A stretch of DNA of 64,000 bases from Desulfomonilia bacterium (GCA_963664325.2 CAXXDQ010000004.1:32001-96000), one strand, 5' to 3'; positions 18,154 to 28,035 are shown, numbered from the stretch's first letter. Notes: generated by a model not told the origin, from the sequence alone. Numbers and translations: made by a program.

Positions 18154-19382
18154 TGGAAGAGAAAAAGATATCAAAAAGACTCAAGGCAAATGCGAATCTG
18201 CGCCAGATCATAGCTGACTTTTATGCCGACGGGCACAAGGCTAAGGCCGAGGGCCGTCCGGTGGGATGGATTCCACCGATGAACGGCCTGATCGAACTCT
18301 TCTATGCGATGGACATTCATCCGGTTTTTCCCGAGAACTGGGCCCCATTATGCGCCGCAATAGGTTCCAACATGACAAACTTCGAGCGTGCAGCGAAGAG
18401 GGGTTATTCGAGCGATCTCTGCGGCTATTTCAGGAATAATATAGGTTATGCCCTTGACGGGATAGATGAGCCGAACCAGCCGCTCGGCGGTCTTCCCAAG
18501 CCGGATTTCCTGATTTCGTTCGGTGCGGGCTGCATCCCTACAATGAAGACGTTCCAGATACTGTGCGATCATTATAACGTGCCGACATTCAGGGCCGATC
18601 TGCCGCAGGTGGCTATTGAAGATATAAGGGAACATCACATCAAGTACGGCGTGGCGCAGATAAAACGTCTTATAAAGTTTCTGGAAGATCTGACCGGGCA
18701 AAATCTTGATTTGGACCGCCTCAGCTATGCAGTCGCTTTGACTGATCAGGCATGCAGGATATGGGATGAGATTATGGACATGCGCAGGGAGGTTCCCGCA
18801 CCGTTTTCCGCGGCTGAAATCGGCATCATGTTTGTCATGGTAACCCGCCACGGGACGCAGATTGCAGTCGATTTCCTCCAAGATGTTCTGGAAGAGGTCA
18901 GACAAAAGGTCGCAAGACGCGAAGGCGTTATCCCCAACGAACGCATCAGGCTTTTCTGGGACAACATTCCTCTCTGGTACAACATGAAGCTGTTTAATTA
19001 CTTCGAGAAATGGGATGCGGTCGTTGTTGCAGAAACTTACACCTCGGCATGGACACTGCGCATGGATCCGAGCAGGCCGCTTGAGAGCATTGCATACAAG
19101 ACGCTTGTGTCCTATCCGCTCGTGTCTTGCGTTTCATTGAACAAACGGCTAGAACTCATAAAGAAGGCTGTGAGGGATTACAGTATAGATGGCGCCATCC
19201 TGCATTCGAACAGGAGCTGCAAACCCATATCAATGGGTCAGATGAATATCCAGAAGATTCTCTCTGAAGAACTTTCGGTGCCAAGCATTATGTTCGACGG
19301 CGATCATATGGACGGAGGTAATTTTTCCATGGCCCAGTTTCAGACGCGCATTGATGCATTCATGGAGATGCTTATAAAATAA
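18150..19382 (+). CDS. 2-hydroxyacyl-CoA dehydratase / benzoyl-CoA reductase subunit (HgdA/BcrB-like)
   Basis: FPENW, GYSSDLCGY, GGLPKPD, HSNRSCK, FDGDHMD, TRIDAFMEML. Confidence 0.88.
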   Translation: MMEEKKISKRLKANANLRQIIADFYADGHKAKAEGRPVGWIPPMNGLIELFYAMDIHPVFPENWAPLCAAIGSNMTNFERAAKRGYSSDLCGYFRNNIGYALDGIDEPNQPLGGLPKPDFLISFGAGCIPTMKTFQILCDHYNVPTFRADLPQVAIEDIREHHIKYGVAQIKRLIKFLEDLTGQNLDLDRLSYAVALTDQACRIWDEIMDMRREVPAPFSAAEIGIMFVMVTRHGTQIAVDFLQDVLEEVRQKVARREGVIPNERIRLFWDNIPLWYNMKLFNYFEKWDAVVVAETYTSAWTLRMDPSRPLESIAYKTLVSYPLVSCVSLNKRLELIKKAVRDYSIDGAILHSNRSCKPISMGQMNIQKILSEELSVPSIMFDGDHMDGGNFSMAQFQTRIDAFMEMLIK

Positions 19383-19810
19383 AGACTCATGCACACCTTC
19401 CTGATTTGATTAATATGAGAGGAATCTTGAAGCCTCGAAAAAATCCCCAAAAAACGAGAAAGTTTTTATGAAATCATTTATACCTATACTACTCGATTGA
19501 TGTAGTGATTGATCAACTAATCCGGTAGCGACTCAAATAGAAACTCAATATTTAGACAATAGAGACGTTTATTATATAATGAATTATTCCAATATATCTA
19601 CGATATATGAAAGCTTTTTAGATTCTTTAAAAGTACATATCCTGAGTTGATATCTATATTGCATCGAAGCATTTACAAAGTATAGATAATGGTGCGCAAT
19701 TTCAACTTTCTGTCAACATATATTAGACCACAATCAGCCAGTTTCCTGGTGCAGGTTCTTAATTTGTAAGGTTGAATAACAGCAAATATATATTCAGGAA
19801 CCTTCTCCCT

Positions 19811-21521
19811 CTAAAACCAGATGGTCTTCTTTATATAATCATTGTAATTTTCAATCTCGGATATTTTCTTTGCATCATCCCAGCCGTAATAACGGGCCAT
19901 TATTTCCGCCACTTTTCCGGCAAGTTCAGCCTGAAGGTAGTGCCATATAGTCCATTGCGATTCGGTCCTGCGGCAAAGGATATCAATGAGCCTCGGGCAA
20001 TTCTCGTATTCAAGGATGAATTCAATTTCGGCACGGCAGACCGGATAGTCTTTCAGTACAGGCTTTCCCGATTCCGGGTCGGATTTAATCTTTTCAAGTA
20101 TATCTATAGCCTGCCTGCCATACTGCAGGTACAGGTATTCGAGCTGGTCAGGCCATGAAAATTTTGCCAGGGCTTTGTTCTTTACTATCTTATCGAAATC
20201 GGCCCGGGTTATGCCGACGACAAAGGGCACCTTAGAAAAACCTGGGTTTGAATATTCCATTTTTGCGAAAGAACCCACATAGCCTCTGTCATGGAGTTTG
20301 AACATAAGTTCTTCGGCCATCAGCCTGTATGTGGTCAGCTTGCCCCCGGCCATGGCAACAACCCCGTCCTTGGTCTCGAATGTCTCGTGTTCCCTGGATA
20401 CGGCCGATTCGCTGGCAGCACCGTCCTGCCTGATCAGAGGCCTGATGCCCGCATATGTCCCGATTATATCCTTATATGTAAGCCCGGCCTTGGGAAACAT
20501 CCTGTTGACAGTTCCGAAAAGGTAATCACAATCTTCTTTGGTACACCAGGGTTCGTCAAGGTTCTTTGACTCCCTGAAATAGTCTGTATCAGTTGTGCCG
20601 ATTACGGACACCTTTCCCCTCCTGAGAACAAAGAAAAACCGGTCGTCGTCAAATGAGCGCAGGCCGAAACCGTTTCTGTTGCCTATCCTTTCATTGGGGA
20701 CAACGACATGCACACCTTTTGTAGGGTATATCTTGGGTATACCGAAATCGGCATTTTTAAGGACTTCATCTGTCCAGATACCGCCGCAGGCAATGACGAC
20801 CTTTCCCTTTACATCATACTCGGAGCCATCAAATGCGTCCTTGACCCTGACGCCGCAGACTTTACCAGTCCCGTTTTTTAGAAAACCTATCACTTCTGAA
20901 TAGTTCAGTGCGCAGGAATTCCCTTTTGAATAATTCAGGCTCTCTTTGATCGTCTCTATCGTAAGTCTGGCATCGTCAATATTCGTATCGTAATAAAAAC
21001 CAGAAATTACGAGTTTCCCAAACGGCTCTATTTCCTGGACATAGTTCGGTTCAATTTTTCTTATGAATTTTGCAAGATATATTTTTGGCCATTTGTAATT
21101 TTTAAACCGTGATTTATAGTCTGATAAAAGGCTGTAGACAATCATCGACAGGATAACCTGCACCGGCCTGTCCTTCCCTTTGGCGAATGCGTTGTAAAAA
21201 AAAACCTATCGGTCTTACCATATTTGGAAAATGATTCCTGAGCCAGTTCCTTTCTGTAGTGGATTCACGTACGAGGTTGTACTCCTTGTTCGACAAGTAG
21301 CGAAGACCACCATGTGCAAGCTTGGATGAACGCGAAGAAGTTCCAAAAGCAAAATCGTTTTTATCAAGCATGCAGAATGTCATGCCCCTCAGTGCAAATT
21401 CCCTGGCAACACCGGCCCCGTTGATTCCCCCTCCGATAATAACGGCGTCGAAATTACCTGAAGCGGCCTGCCTTCTATGCTCTGCCCTGTCTTTTGCACT
21501 CCAGCCCTTGAGTATTGCCAT
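19811..21521 (-). pseudogene. glycerol-3-phosphate dehydrogenase/oxidase (GlpD/GlpA-like), frameshifted at a 9-nt homopolymer
   Basis: IGGGINGAG and GTSSRSSKLAHGGLRYL in ORF 21114-21521; TKGVH, GTTDT, YAGIRPL, GGKLTTYR in ORF 19811-21163; removing one base from A9 (21196-21204) fuses the two frames. Confidence 0.85.
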
Positions 21522-21549
21522 TTTAACCTCCGGAAAAATTAAGTTTGTA

Positions 21550-21831
21550 TTAGTCCTGTACTATGTTCAGGGCAGTAATGAAGCCCTTATAATACCAGGA
21601 GTTTACCTAAATGTCCGTATCTGTACCCCTGACAGGATATAATTGCCAGCCGAATCTATTGAATTGAAGACCCATATCATAACTGGCAATAACAAACCAC
21701 TTTCCGGTTTTTGAATCCCTGTCTGTACTGATTACAACATGATCTGTAGTCTCTTCTTTGCCGCTGCTGACATATATCAAATCTCCAATTTCAAGCTTGC
21801 CTGTCATATTATCGAAATCGGGTTTGAACAT
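21550..21831 (-). pseudogene. decayed fragment resembling an NlpC/P60-like C-terminus
   Basis: GDLIY...DHVVI...WFVIAS; shifted frames give GVQIRTFR and NSWYYKGF; no N-terminus. Confidence 0.4.
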
Positions 21832-22033
21832 TCGGCTTGTTATTATCTTAACTTTATTGCTGCATTCTTAATATCCATCCCGATGGCAACAGGTTGATAA
21901 GAGATTATGCAGACAGAGCTCCTTTCAATATCGCTGCAAATCAGATTGGCCGCCATCATGATGAAAATGAAGCCCAGCCCAGGCATATTTTCATTAAGGC
22001 GTATCCTCACGCTGCAAGCTCTTTTGCAGAAAA

Positions 22034-23368
22034 TCAATGCCTCATATCTTCGGCCTTTTCATCCATCAGCCTCTTAAGGGTCTGTTCGTCTTTAGGGAAT
22101 GTAAAAACCATAAGGACCTGCAGCAGGCCGCAGAGTATCCAGAATGAATTGGCAATATTGAATGCCATAATTCTTCCGAATGCGACGATAAACAGACTTA
22201 TTATGTAAGGACCGAACCCCTGCCCGAGAGAGTCTGTTAGATTTGACAAAGATAGTATCGATCCCCTGGTCTCGGGTGAATTAACATCAAGGGTAATGGC
22301 TTTCATGTTAGGAGCGGGAAGTATGACAGTAAAACCTGTTATTACTGCCAGGATAAGCGGCACAACCATGCTCGGATTATGAACACCGACCTGTGAGGGA
22401 TAATTTAGAAGTAACGCCATGGGTATGACCCCTGTCAGGCATGAGAATCCCACGAACAAGGGCAGGTATCTGGGATTTTTATTATAAATCTTGTTTCCGA
22501 TAAGGCCTCCGACAAATGAACCGGCAAGTGTCGCCGCTCCTCCTGCCATAACGATAAGCGTTGCGGTTTCAACGGAGAAACCCTTGTCCTGGGCGTAGAA
22601 ATCATTGAGATAAATAAAAAAGACACCCCAAGGAACGCAACCCGGGATACCCTGAATAAGCACAAGGATATTTGTCTTTATTTTAAAGATGTTTTTATAA
22701 AGTGCCAGGTTGATTTTCCCGGTATATACGGATCCGCTTTCTATAAGTTCCTTGAGGCTTTCTTCGGCTATGCCCCTTGGCGGTTCCTTTACAAATATCC
22801 AGAATATGAAGACGAGAATGAAATTGGGTGCGGCAACAAGAATAAAAGGCAGGCGCCAGCCGTATTCAGAACCGATGAAACCAGCAAGAAGCTGTCCTAC
22901 CGCCACACCCATGCCCTGCACAAGCGTGATCCAGGCTGCAGCCGTTGCCCTGTTGCGATGGGAAAAATAATCGCCGATAAGGGAAAAAGTTATAGGTATT
23001 GCCCCGCCAATACCTATGCCCGTGAGGGCTCTCAGCCAGAAAAGCTGTTCATAGTTCCTTGCAAATCCTGTCAGAATGCATGGAATTTCTCCAACGGCTA
23101 CAACACCTATGAACAGCAGCTTGCGGGACACCCTGTCAGTAAAATATCCGATTATCAAGGTGATGAAAGCTCCGAGCACCCAGAAAACAAGGGATATATC
23201 GCCTCCCAGCTTTACATCCCGCTCGACCGCGTTGAAACCGAAATCATGGGCTATCTGGGTAAGGTTCGGTGCCATGAGGTTCTGGTCTGCGAATATGAAC
23301 AGGTTGATAACCGCCAGAAGAATAATGGCAAAAAGCTCATTTTTCTTAAAAGATGATTCAGCAGGCAT
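22034..23368 (-). CDS. MFS transporter (spinster-like)
   Basis: About 12 hydrophobic segments; GYFTDRVSRK motif A; RALTGIGIGG; SLIGDYF. Confidence 0.9.
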   Translation of the reverse strand: MPAESSFKKNELFAIILLAVINLFIFADQNLMAPNLTQIAHDFGFNAVERDVKLGGDISLVFWVLGAFITLIIGYFTDRVSRKLLFIGVVAVGEIPCILTGFARNYEQLFWLRALTGIGIGGAIPITFSLIGDYFSHRNRATAAAWITLVQGMGVAVGQLLAGFIGSEYGWRLPFILVAAPNFILVFIFWIFVKEPPRGIAEESLKELIESGSVYTGKINLALYKNIFKIKTNILVLIQGIPGCVPWGVFFIYLNDFYAQDKGFSVETATLIVMAGGAATLAGSFVGGLIGNKIYNKNPRYLPLFVGFSCLTGVIPMALLLNYPSQVGVHNPSMVVPLILAVITGFTVILPAPNMKAITLDVNSPETRGSILSLSNLTDSLGQGFGPYIISLFIVAFGRIMAFNIANSFWILCGLLQVLMVFTFPKDEQTLKRLMDEKAEDMRH

Positions 23369-23417
23369 AATATTTCCTCCTGATTATTGCATTTGAAAAT
23401 GCTACAAAAGCAATAAC

Positions 23418-24392
23418 CTAATTTTCATATAATGCAACAGACAGAGATGCATAATCCCCAATTTCATCACCCAATGCAGAAGGCAGGACCTCACAGGCAT
23501 CACGTGAGATGTCGAGTGCTTCAGACATTATTGCTTTTTTCGCTTCCGGCCACAGCAGACCGTAGCTGCGTGCAAAGATGCTGCCTATTACTATTTTATC
23601 CGGATTCAGTATATCTATCAACAGGGCCAGCCCCATACCCAGATAATGGCCGCTTATTGTATATATCTCTATTGCAACAGGATCACCTTTAAATGCGGCC
23701 TCGGCAACCATTTTTGCATCAAGGGATTTCGCCATCTCAGGAGTAGGACAAAAATCTACTTTTACCCCGTTCTTCAGCCTCTCCAGCACCTTTGTTTCTG
23801 CAAGCCTGGCAATACCCCCGCCGCTGCAAAAACCTTCGAGGGACCCCTGTTTCCCATAACCCAGGGGGCCGGTTTTTTCTATTCTTATATGCCCAACCTC
23901 TCCGGCCATTCCACTTGCGCCAGAGTATAGCCTGCCGTCAAAGATAAGGCCTGCGCCGAAGCCTGTCCCGAATGTCAGAAAGACCATGTTTCTGCAACCC
24001 TTGCCTGCACCGTAACGCCATTCCGCAAGCGCACAGGCATTTGCATCGTTCTGTAGAACAATTTTCACACCAAGCCTCTTCTGAAAATATTTGACTATAG
24101 GTACTTTATCCCACCCCGGTAGATTCGGCGGTGTCAGGATAAGCCCTTTTTCGATATCAAGGGGCCCCCCGCAGCTTATTCCGGCTGCACTCAGCCCGCA
24201 ATTGCTATTTTCATCACGTAATTCCTCTATATAAAAAGTTATCCTGTTGAGGGTCTCCTTCCAGGATTTGCACGAATCAGTTGAAAAAGATCTCTTTCCT
24301 ATTATTTTAATACCGCTGTTTTCTTCATAACCCAGGACTACCGAGCACTTTGTTCCCCCAATGTCAATCCCGGCAACAACTTCTCCTGTCAA
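23418..24392 (-). CDS. ROK-family sugar kinase
   Basis: GIDIGGTK, NDANACALAE, GTGFGAG, AGEVGH, GSLEGFCSG; TTG start at 24392 avoids overlap with the GH38 gene. Confidence 0.9.
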   Translation of the reverse strand: MTGEVVAGIDIGGTKCSVVLGYEENSGIKIIGKRSFSTDSCKSWKETLNRITFYIEELRDENSNCGLSAAGISCGGPLDIEKGLILTPPNLPGWDKVPIVKYFQKRLGVKIVLQNDANACALAEWRYGAGKGCRNMVFLTFGTGFGAGLIFDGRLYSGASGMAGEVGHIRIEKTGPLGYGKQGSLEGFCSGGGIARLAETKVLERLKNGVKVDFCPTPEMAKSLDAKMVAEAAFKGDPVAIEIYTISGHYLGMGLALLIDILNPDKIVIGSIFARSYGLLWPEAKKAIMSEALDISRDACEVLPSALGDEIGDYASLSVALYEN

Positions 24393-24411
24393 GCTCAGAC
24401 CGGCCAAGGCT

Positions 24412-26919
24412 TTACTCCTGAAGTTCAATAAGATTTGTTTCAGATACATCAATATCTGGGTTATCAGGTATAAAGAATGTCTTGATCTCGCATGGACTGA
24501 ACCCTGCCTGCCATTGACGGCTGCAAAGACCAAATTTAATAGTCGCGACAACAGCTTTTCCATGAGTCTCGTAGCATCGGAGTATATAACCGCCGCCGTC
24601 TTCGGCCCTCTTGAATACGGTTGCAATGACATTGCCTGCCGAAACGGATATGCCCTCCATTTTTAGGCCTAAACCGCCTTCATGATATGTTTCAATAATC
24701 TGAACGACCGGCATGTTGAGCTCATATGCTTTTTTTACTGTTCCTGCTTCCTGCCAGGTTTCTCCATGAGAAAGAATAATATAATTGAACTCCTGCACGC
24801 CCTGATCCATGAATTCGCAGAATGAGTCACGCTCAGCATAGCCGTAATGATCTGCATATATAGGGCTCCTAACCGCACTTATACTGATTGTATTTTCCTT
24901 TGCACTGAAGCTGTATTTTGAATCAGTGAGCAGTGACAATCCGCAATGAATATTATTTTCAGGATGAGTCCCCGAGAGATCAACCCACTGCTGGGCAGGC
25001 TCTTCAAGACCGTTTGCCGGCCTTTCAATAAATCCATACGGGATTTCATAGACCGCATGGGGATCGGTTATATTAACCGGAAAGACTATTTTGAGCATCT
25101 TATGCTTTTCCCGCCAGTCGAGCTTCACGTTAACCTGAATCTCAGGTCTGTCATGGTAAATCATGTATTCCTGCTGCAGGAACGAGCCTTCATACCGGTT
25201 TGTCACCCTCAGCCTCGCCCTTACAGGGCCGGCTTCGAGAATATTTATCTCCGCGTTGCCAAACCGGCCTTCCTCCTTGTTGAATTCGAAGATGAAATGT
25301 GCCCAGGTATCGGAATCCTTTTCATCGATTACAATAGGGACAGCACCATATCCTGAAAGGATCTCTGCTCCAATGCGCTTATCGTAAAGACTGCTTATAA
25401 AACCTGTGCAGGGATCGATTTCAAGCTTTATAAAATCATTTTCAACCCGAGTTTCTGAAATGATCAATCTGCCGGCTGGTGCAACAGGTTCAAGTTCAAG
25501 GTTTTTACATATTCTGAAAACACTGTAGCCCATTGCCGGGATTTTTCCCATGAACAGGGTGTCCCATTTGTCGTCGAGGTTCATCTGAGGTGCGCGCACA
25601 TGCTGGATCATCATGGAGCGGCCCGCATCGTCGGTGACGGCCTTCACCTGCCTGTGTACCTGTATCGGGGCCTCGATCTCCCATGAGAGCGTATTGAAAA
25701 CCACAAGCGGGATTCCCCTGTTCTCATGCTCCCATAGTATCCAGTCAGTATCTTTGCACAAAGGGACGTCTTCGCCGCATGAGGTGTCTATGGCCCATGA
25801 TATTTTCTGCGCGGCGAAGTTCGCTTCATCTGATGCGATGTTCAACGCCTCGCCGTAGCCGCTGAAGACATCGTCGTACGCCTCTTTGATGCAGCAGCCT
25901 GTAATTGCGTCGTGGAACTGGTTGAACAGCACCTGCTGCCAGGCCTTTTCGAAGCGGGTGTTCGGAAAGGCCGAACCGGTAAGCAGCATGGCCGAGGCTG
26001 ATATCTTTTCCGCGGCAATGAGCCTGTTCTCGGCAAGCCTGTTCAACTTCTTTACGGCGGAGTGTGCGCAGTAGACGCCGCTTGCATGGTGCTGAAGGTC
26101 GTCTCTGACAACGGGGATATCCATGTTTTTGAGCTTCATGTCGCTGAAGTAGGCATCGGGAGAACTCATCACCAGGGAGTCTTTTCCCCATTCCTTTTTA
26201 AGGGCCTCGATCATTTTGAGGTTCGATATGGTTGGGCCGCCTCCGTGATTTCCCACGCCGAAAAAGCCCATAAGTTCGTATCCGAGCTGCGAGGACAATG
26301 ACTTTGTCGCAATAAGTTTCTGCTTCTCGGTCGGATCGGGACTGTTGGGATCTCCCCATTCCTGGTTGTAGCAGAACGGTATCCTGAATGCGAGAACACG
26401 GCTGCCGTCAGTGCTCTCCCACCAGAACAAAGGCCCCGGCAGGTCCTTTTCGTCATGGGAAGGCCTCATGAAGACATAGTTCTTCATCCCGCTTTTGGAT
26501 AAGATCTGCGGCAGCATGCCGCTGTGTCCGAACGAGTCGACATTATAGCCGGTCTTTGCAGTAAGACCGAACCTGCTTATGAAATAACGTTGCGAATAGA
26601 GGCCGTGACGAACGAACGATTCGCCGCAGGGAAGGTTGCAGTCGGGTTGTATCCACCAGCCGCCCACAATGTTCCATCTTCCTTCCATGACCCTTTGCCT
26701 TATCTCCTCGAACATGACGGGGGCGTTTTCTTCCACCCATTTGTAATAGAACGCGCTGCTGCAGGTAAAGGTAAAGTCCGGGAACTCTTTCATGCGCATG
26801 AGGACGGACAAAAAGGTCGCCTTCACCTCGGCGAGGCCCTGAGCCTTTTTCCAGAGCCAGACCGGGTCCAGATGGGCATTTCCTATAAGATGAATCTTAT
26901 AAGCAGTCCCGGTTTTCAT
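24412..26919 (-). CDS. glycoside hydrolase family 38 (alpha-mannosidase-like), no signal peptide seen
   Basis: NAHLDPVWLW, PDCNLPCGESFVRH, VDSFGH, GVGNHGGGPT, NQFHD. Confidence 0.93.
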   Translation of the reverse strand: MKTGTAYKIHLIGNAHLDPVWLWKKAQGLAEVKATFLSVLMRMKEFPDFTFTCSSAFYYKWVEENAPVMFEEIRQRVMEGRWNIVGGWWIQPDCNLPCGESFVRHGLYSQRYFISRFGLTAKTGYNVDSFGHSGMLPQILSKSGMKNYVFMRPSHDEKDLPGPLFWWESTDGSRVLAFRIPFCYNQEWGDPNSPDPTEKQKLIATKSLSSQLGYELMGFFGVGNHGGGPTISNLKMIEALKKEWGKDSLVMSSPDAYFSDMKLKNMDIPVVRDDLQHHASGVYCAHSAVKKLNRLAENRLIAAEKISASAMLLTGSAFPNTRFEKAWQQVLFNQFHDAITGCCIKEAYDDVFSGYGEALNIASDEANFAAQKISWAIDTSCGEDVPLCKDTDWILWEHENRGIPLVVFNTLSWEIEAPIQVHRQVKAVTDDAGRSMMIQHVRAPQMNLDDKWDTLFMGKIPAMGYSVFRICKNLELEPVAPAGRLIISETRVENDFIKLEIDPCTGFISSLYDKRIGAEILSGYGAVPIVIDEKDSDTWAHFIFEFNKEEGRFGNAEINILEAGPVRARLRVTNRYEGSFLQQEYMIYHDRPEIQVNVKLDWREKHKMLKIVFPVNITDPHAVYEIPYGFIERPANGLEEPAQQWVDLSGTHPENNIHCGLSLLTDSKYSFSAKENTISISAVRSPIYADHYGYAERDSFCEFMDQGVQEFNYIILSHGETWQEAGTVKKAYELNMPVVQIIETYHEGGLGLKMEGISVSAGNVIATVFKRAEDGGGYILRCYETHGKAVVATIKFGLCSRQWQAGFSPCEIKTFFIPDNPDIDVSETNLIELQE

Positions 26920-27002
26920 TTGAACTGACTTTCAGACTTTTTTCGGTTACATGCATTTGGGAGGATATAACACTTTTGAAAAAAACTTGAAATTGACAAA
27001 AC

Positions 27003-27022
27003 AGGGCGACTGTGGCCGCCCT
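27003..27022 (-). terminator. probable intrinsic terminator of the cold-shock gene
   Basis: agggcg-N8-cgccct stem followed by a short T run on the minus strand. Confidence 0.5.
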
Positions 27023-27051
27023 TGATTCCTGATTTTATCAGGCTGCTGTTA

Positions 27052-27252
27052 TCAGGCTTTTAAAACGTTTGACGCCTGCGGGCCCTTGGGGCCGTTTGTT
27101 ACGTCAAATGTTACTCTTTCGCCTTCCTCAAGGGTTCTGAACCCGTCACTTTTAATTGCTGAAAAATGAACAAATACATCAGTTCCGCCTTCTTCCGTAA
27201 TGAAACCAAATCCTTTTTTCTCGTTAAACCACTTTACTGTTCCTTTTGCCAT
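27052..27252 (-). CDS. cold-shock protein (CspA family)
   Basis: [18 protein letters not shown]...DVFVHFSAI; start moved to MAKG. Confidence 0.95.
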   Translation of the reverse strand: MAKGTVKWFNEKKGFGFITEEGGTDVFVHFSAIKSDGFRTLEEGERVTFDVTNGPKGPQASNVLKA

Positions 27253-27565
27253 GTTGAATACCTCTTCTTCCAGTGCCCAGCCCAGGCAATTGAGATGGTA
27301 CTGATTTTTATTATTTCTGAAACACGATTCTTTCGGCAAACACTTCAAGGTAAATTAGGATTTCCTTTAAGGTTTATTATTCCGGTTTATATGTATCGTA
27401 CGTCAGATGGTTGCATGGCTTATGCGATGTTTATAATATTGTCAACAAAATAGTATTACAGCAGTTTACTATTTTATAAATGTTTTGACATCTTGTTTTA
27501 TTTCTTGACAAGAAAGAATCGTATATGCAAATAGTATCCCCCTAATTTTAGAATTGAGGTGAGCA

Positions 27566-27700
27566 ATGAAGAGAACTTATCAGCCACACAACACGAGGCG
27601 GAAACGCACTCACGGATTTCTCGTTCGTATGCGCACTAGTGGCGGAAGACTGGTTATTAATAGAAGGAGGGCCAAGGGACGCAAGCGTTTGGCTGTTTGA
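27566..27700 (+). CDS. rpmH: 50S ribosomal protein L34
   Basis: Hand translation [44 protein letters not shown]; GAGGTG RBS; too short for the ORF track. Confidence 0.97.
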   Translation: MKRTYQPHNTRRKRTHGFLVRMRTSGGRLVINRRRAKGRKRLAV

Positions 27701-28035
27701 TGTCAGACGAAAGATTCCCCAAGGAGTTAAGGCTTACTAAAAGGCGTGAGTTCAAGAAGGTTGACGAATACAAAGTTGAGCGTCTGATTACGAAAAATCT
27801 CATTATCCTGGTTGCACCTAATTCATTGAATCTTGCACGCATCGGTATCACAGTGAGCAGAAAAACTGGTAACGCAGTCAAGAGGAACCGGATCAAACGG
27901 CTGTTGCGTGAAGCCTTCCGCCTGAACAAACCTTGGTTTGAAACTGGTAAAGACTATGTTCTTATTGCAAGGTCTGGCAGAATTGACAGTTTAACCGGGA
28001 TTTCTCATGAGATCGAAAAAGTCCTGAAGAAGTGA
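27700..28035 (+). CDS. rnpA: ribonuclease P protein component
   Basis: [28 protein letters not shown]; follows rpmH. Confidence 0.95.
   Translation: MSDERFPKELRLTKRREFKKVDEYKVERLITKNLIILVAPNSLNLARIGITVSRKTGNAVKRNRIKRLLREAFRLNKPWFETGKDYVLIARSGRIDSLTGISHEIEKVLKK

Noticed and set aside
16291-18174. Long antisense ORFs (292 and 334 aa), and similar ones such as 59312-60043
   Set aside because: They are shadows of well-supported genes on the opposite strand and carry no motifs.
21607-21609. In-frame TAG with protein-like sequence after it, as pyrrolysine or readthrough
   Set aside because: The surrounding sequence needs frameshifts as well, so decay is the simpler explanation; no pyl genes are in the window.
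24393-24632. 80-aa N-terminal extension of the ROK kinase (possible ROK repressor)
   Set aside because: It overlaps the GH38 gene and shows no HTH; TTG 24392 is the more plausible start.
27381-27565. oriC upstream of rpmH
   Set aside because: AT-rich, but I found no DnaA boxes and there is no adjacent dnaA; it is better explained as divergent promoters.
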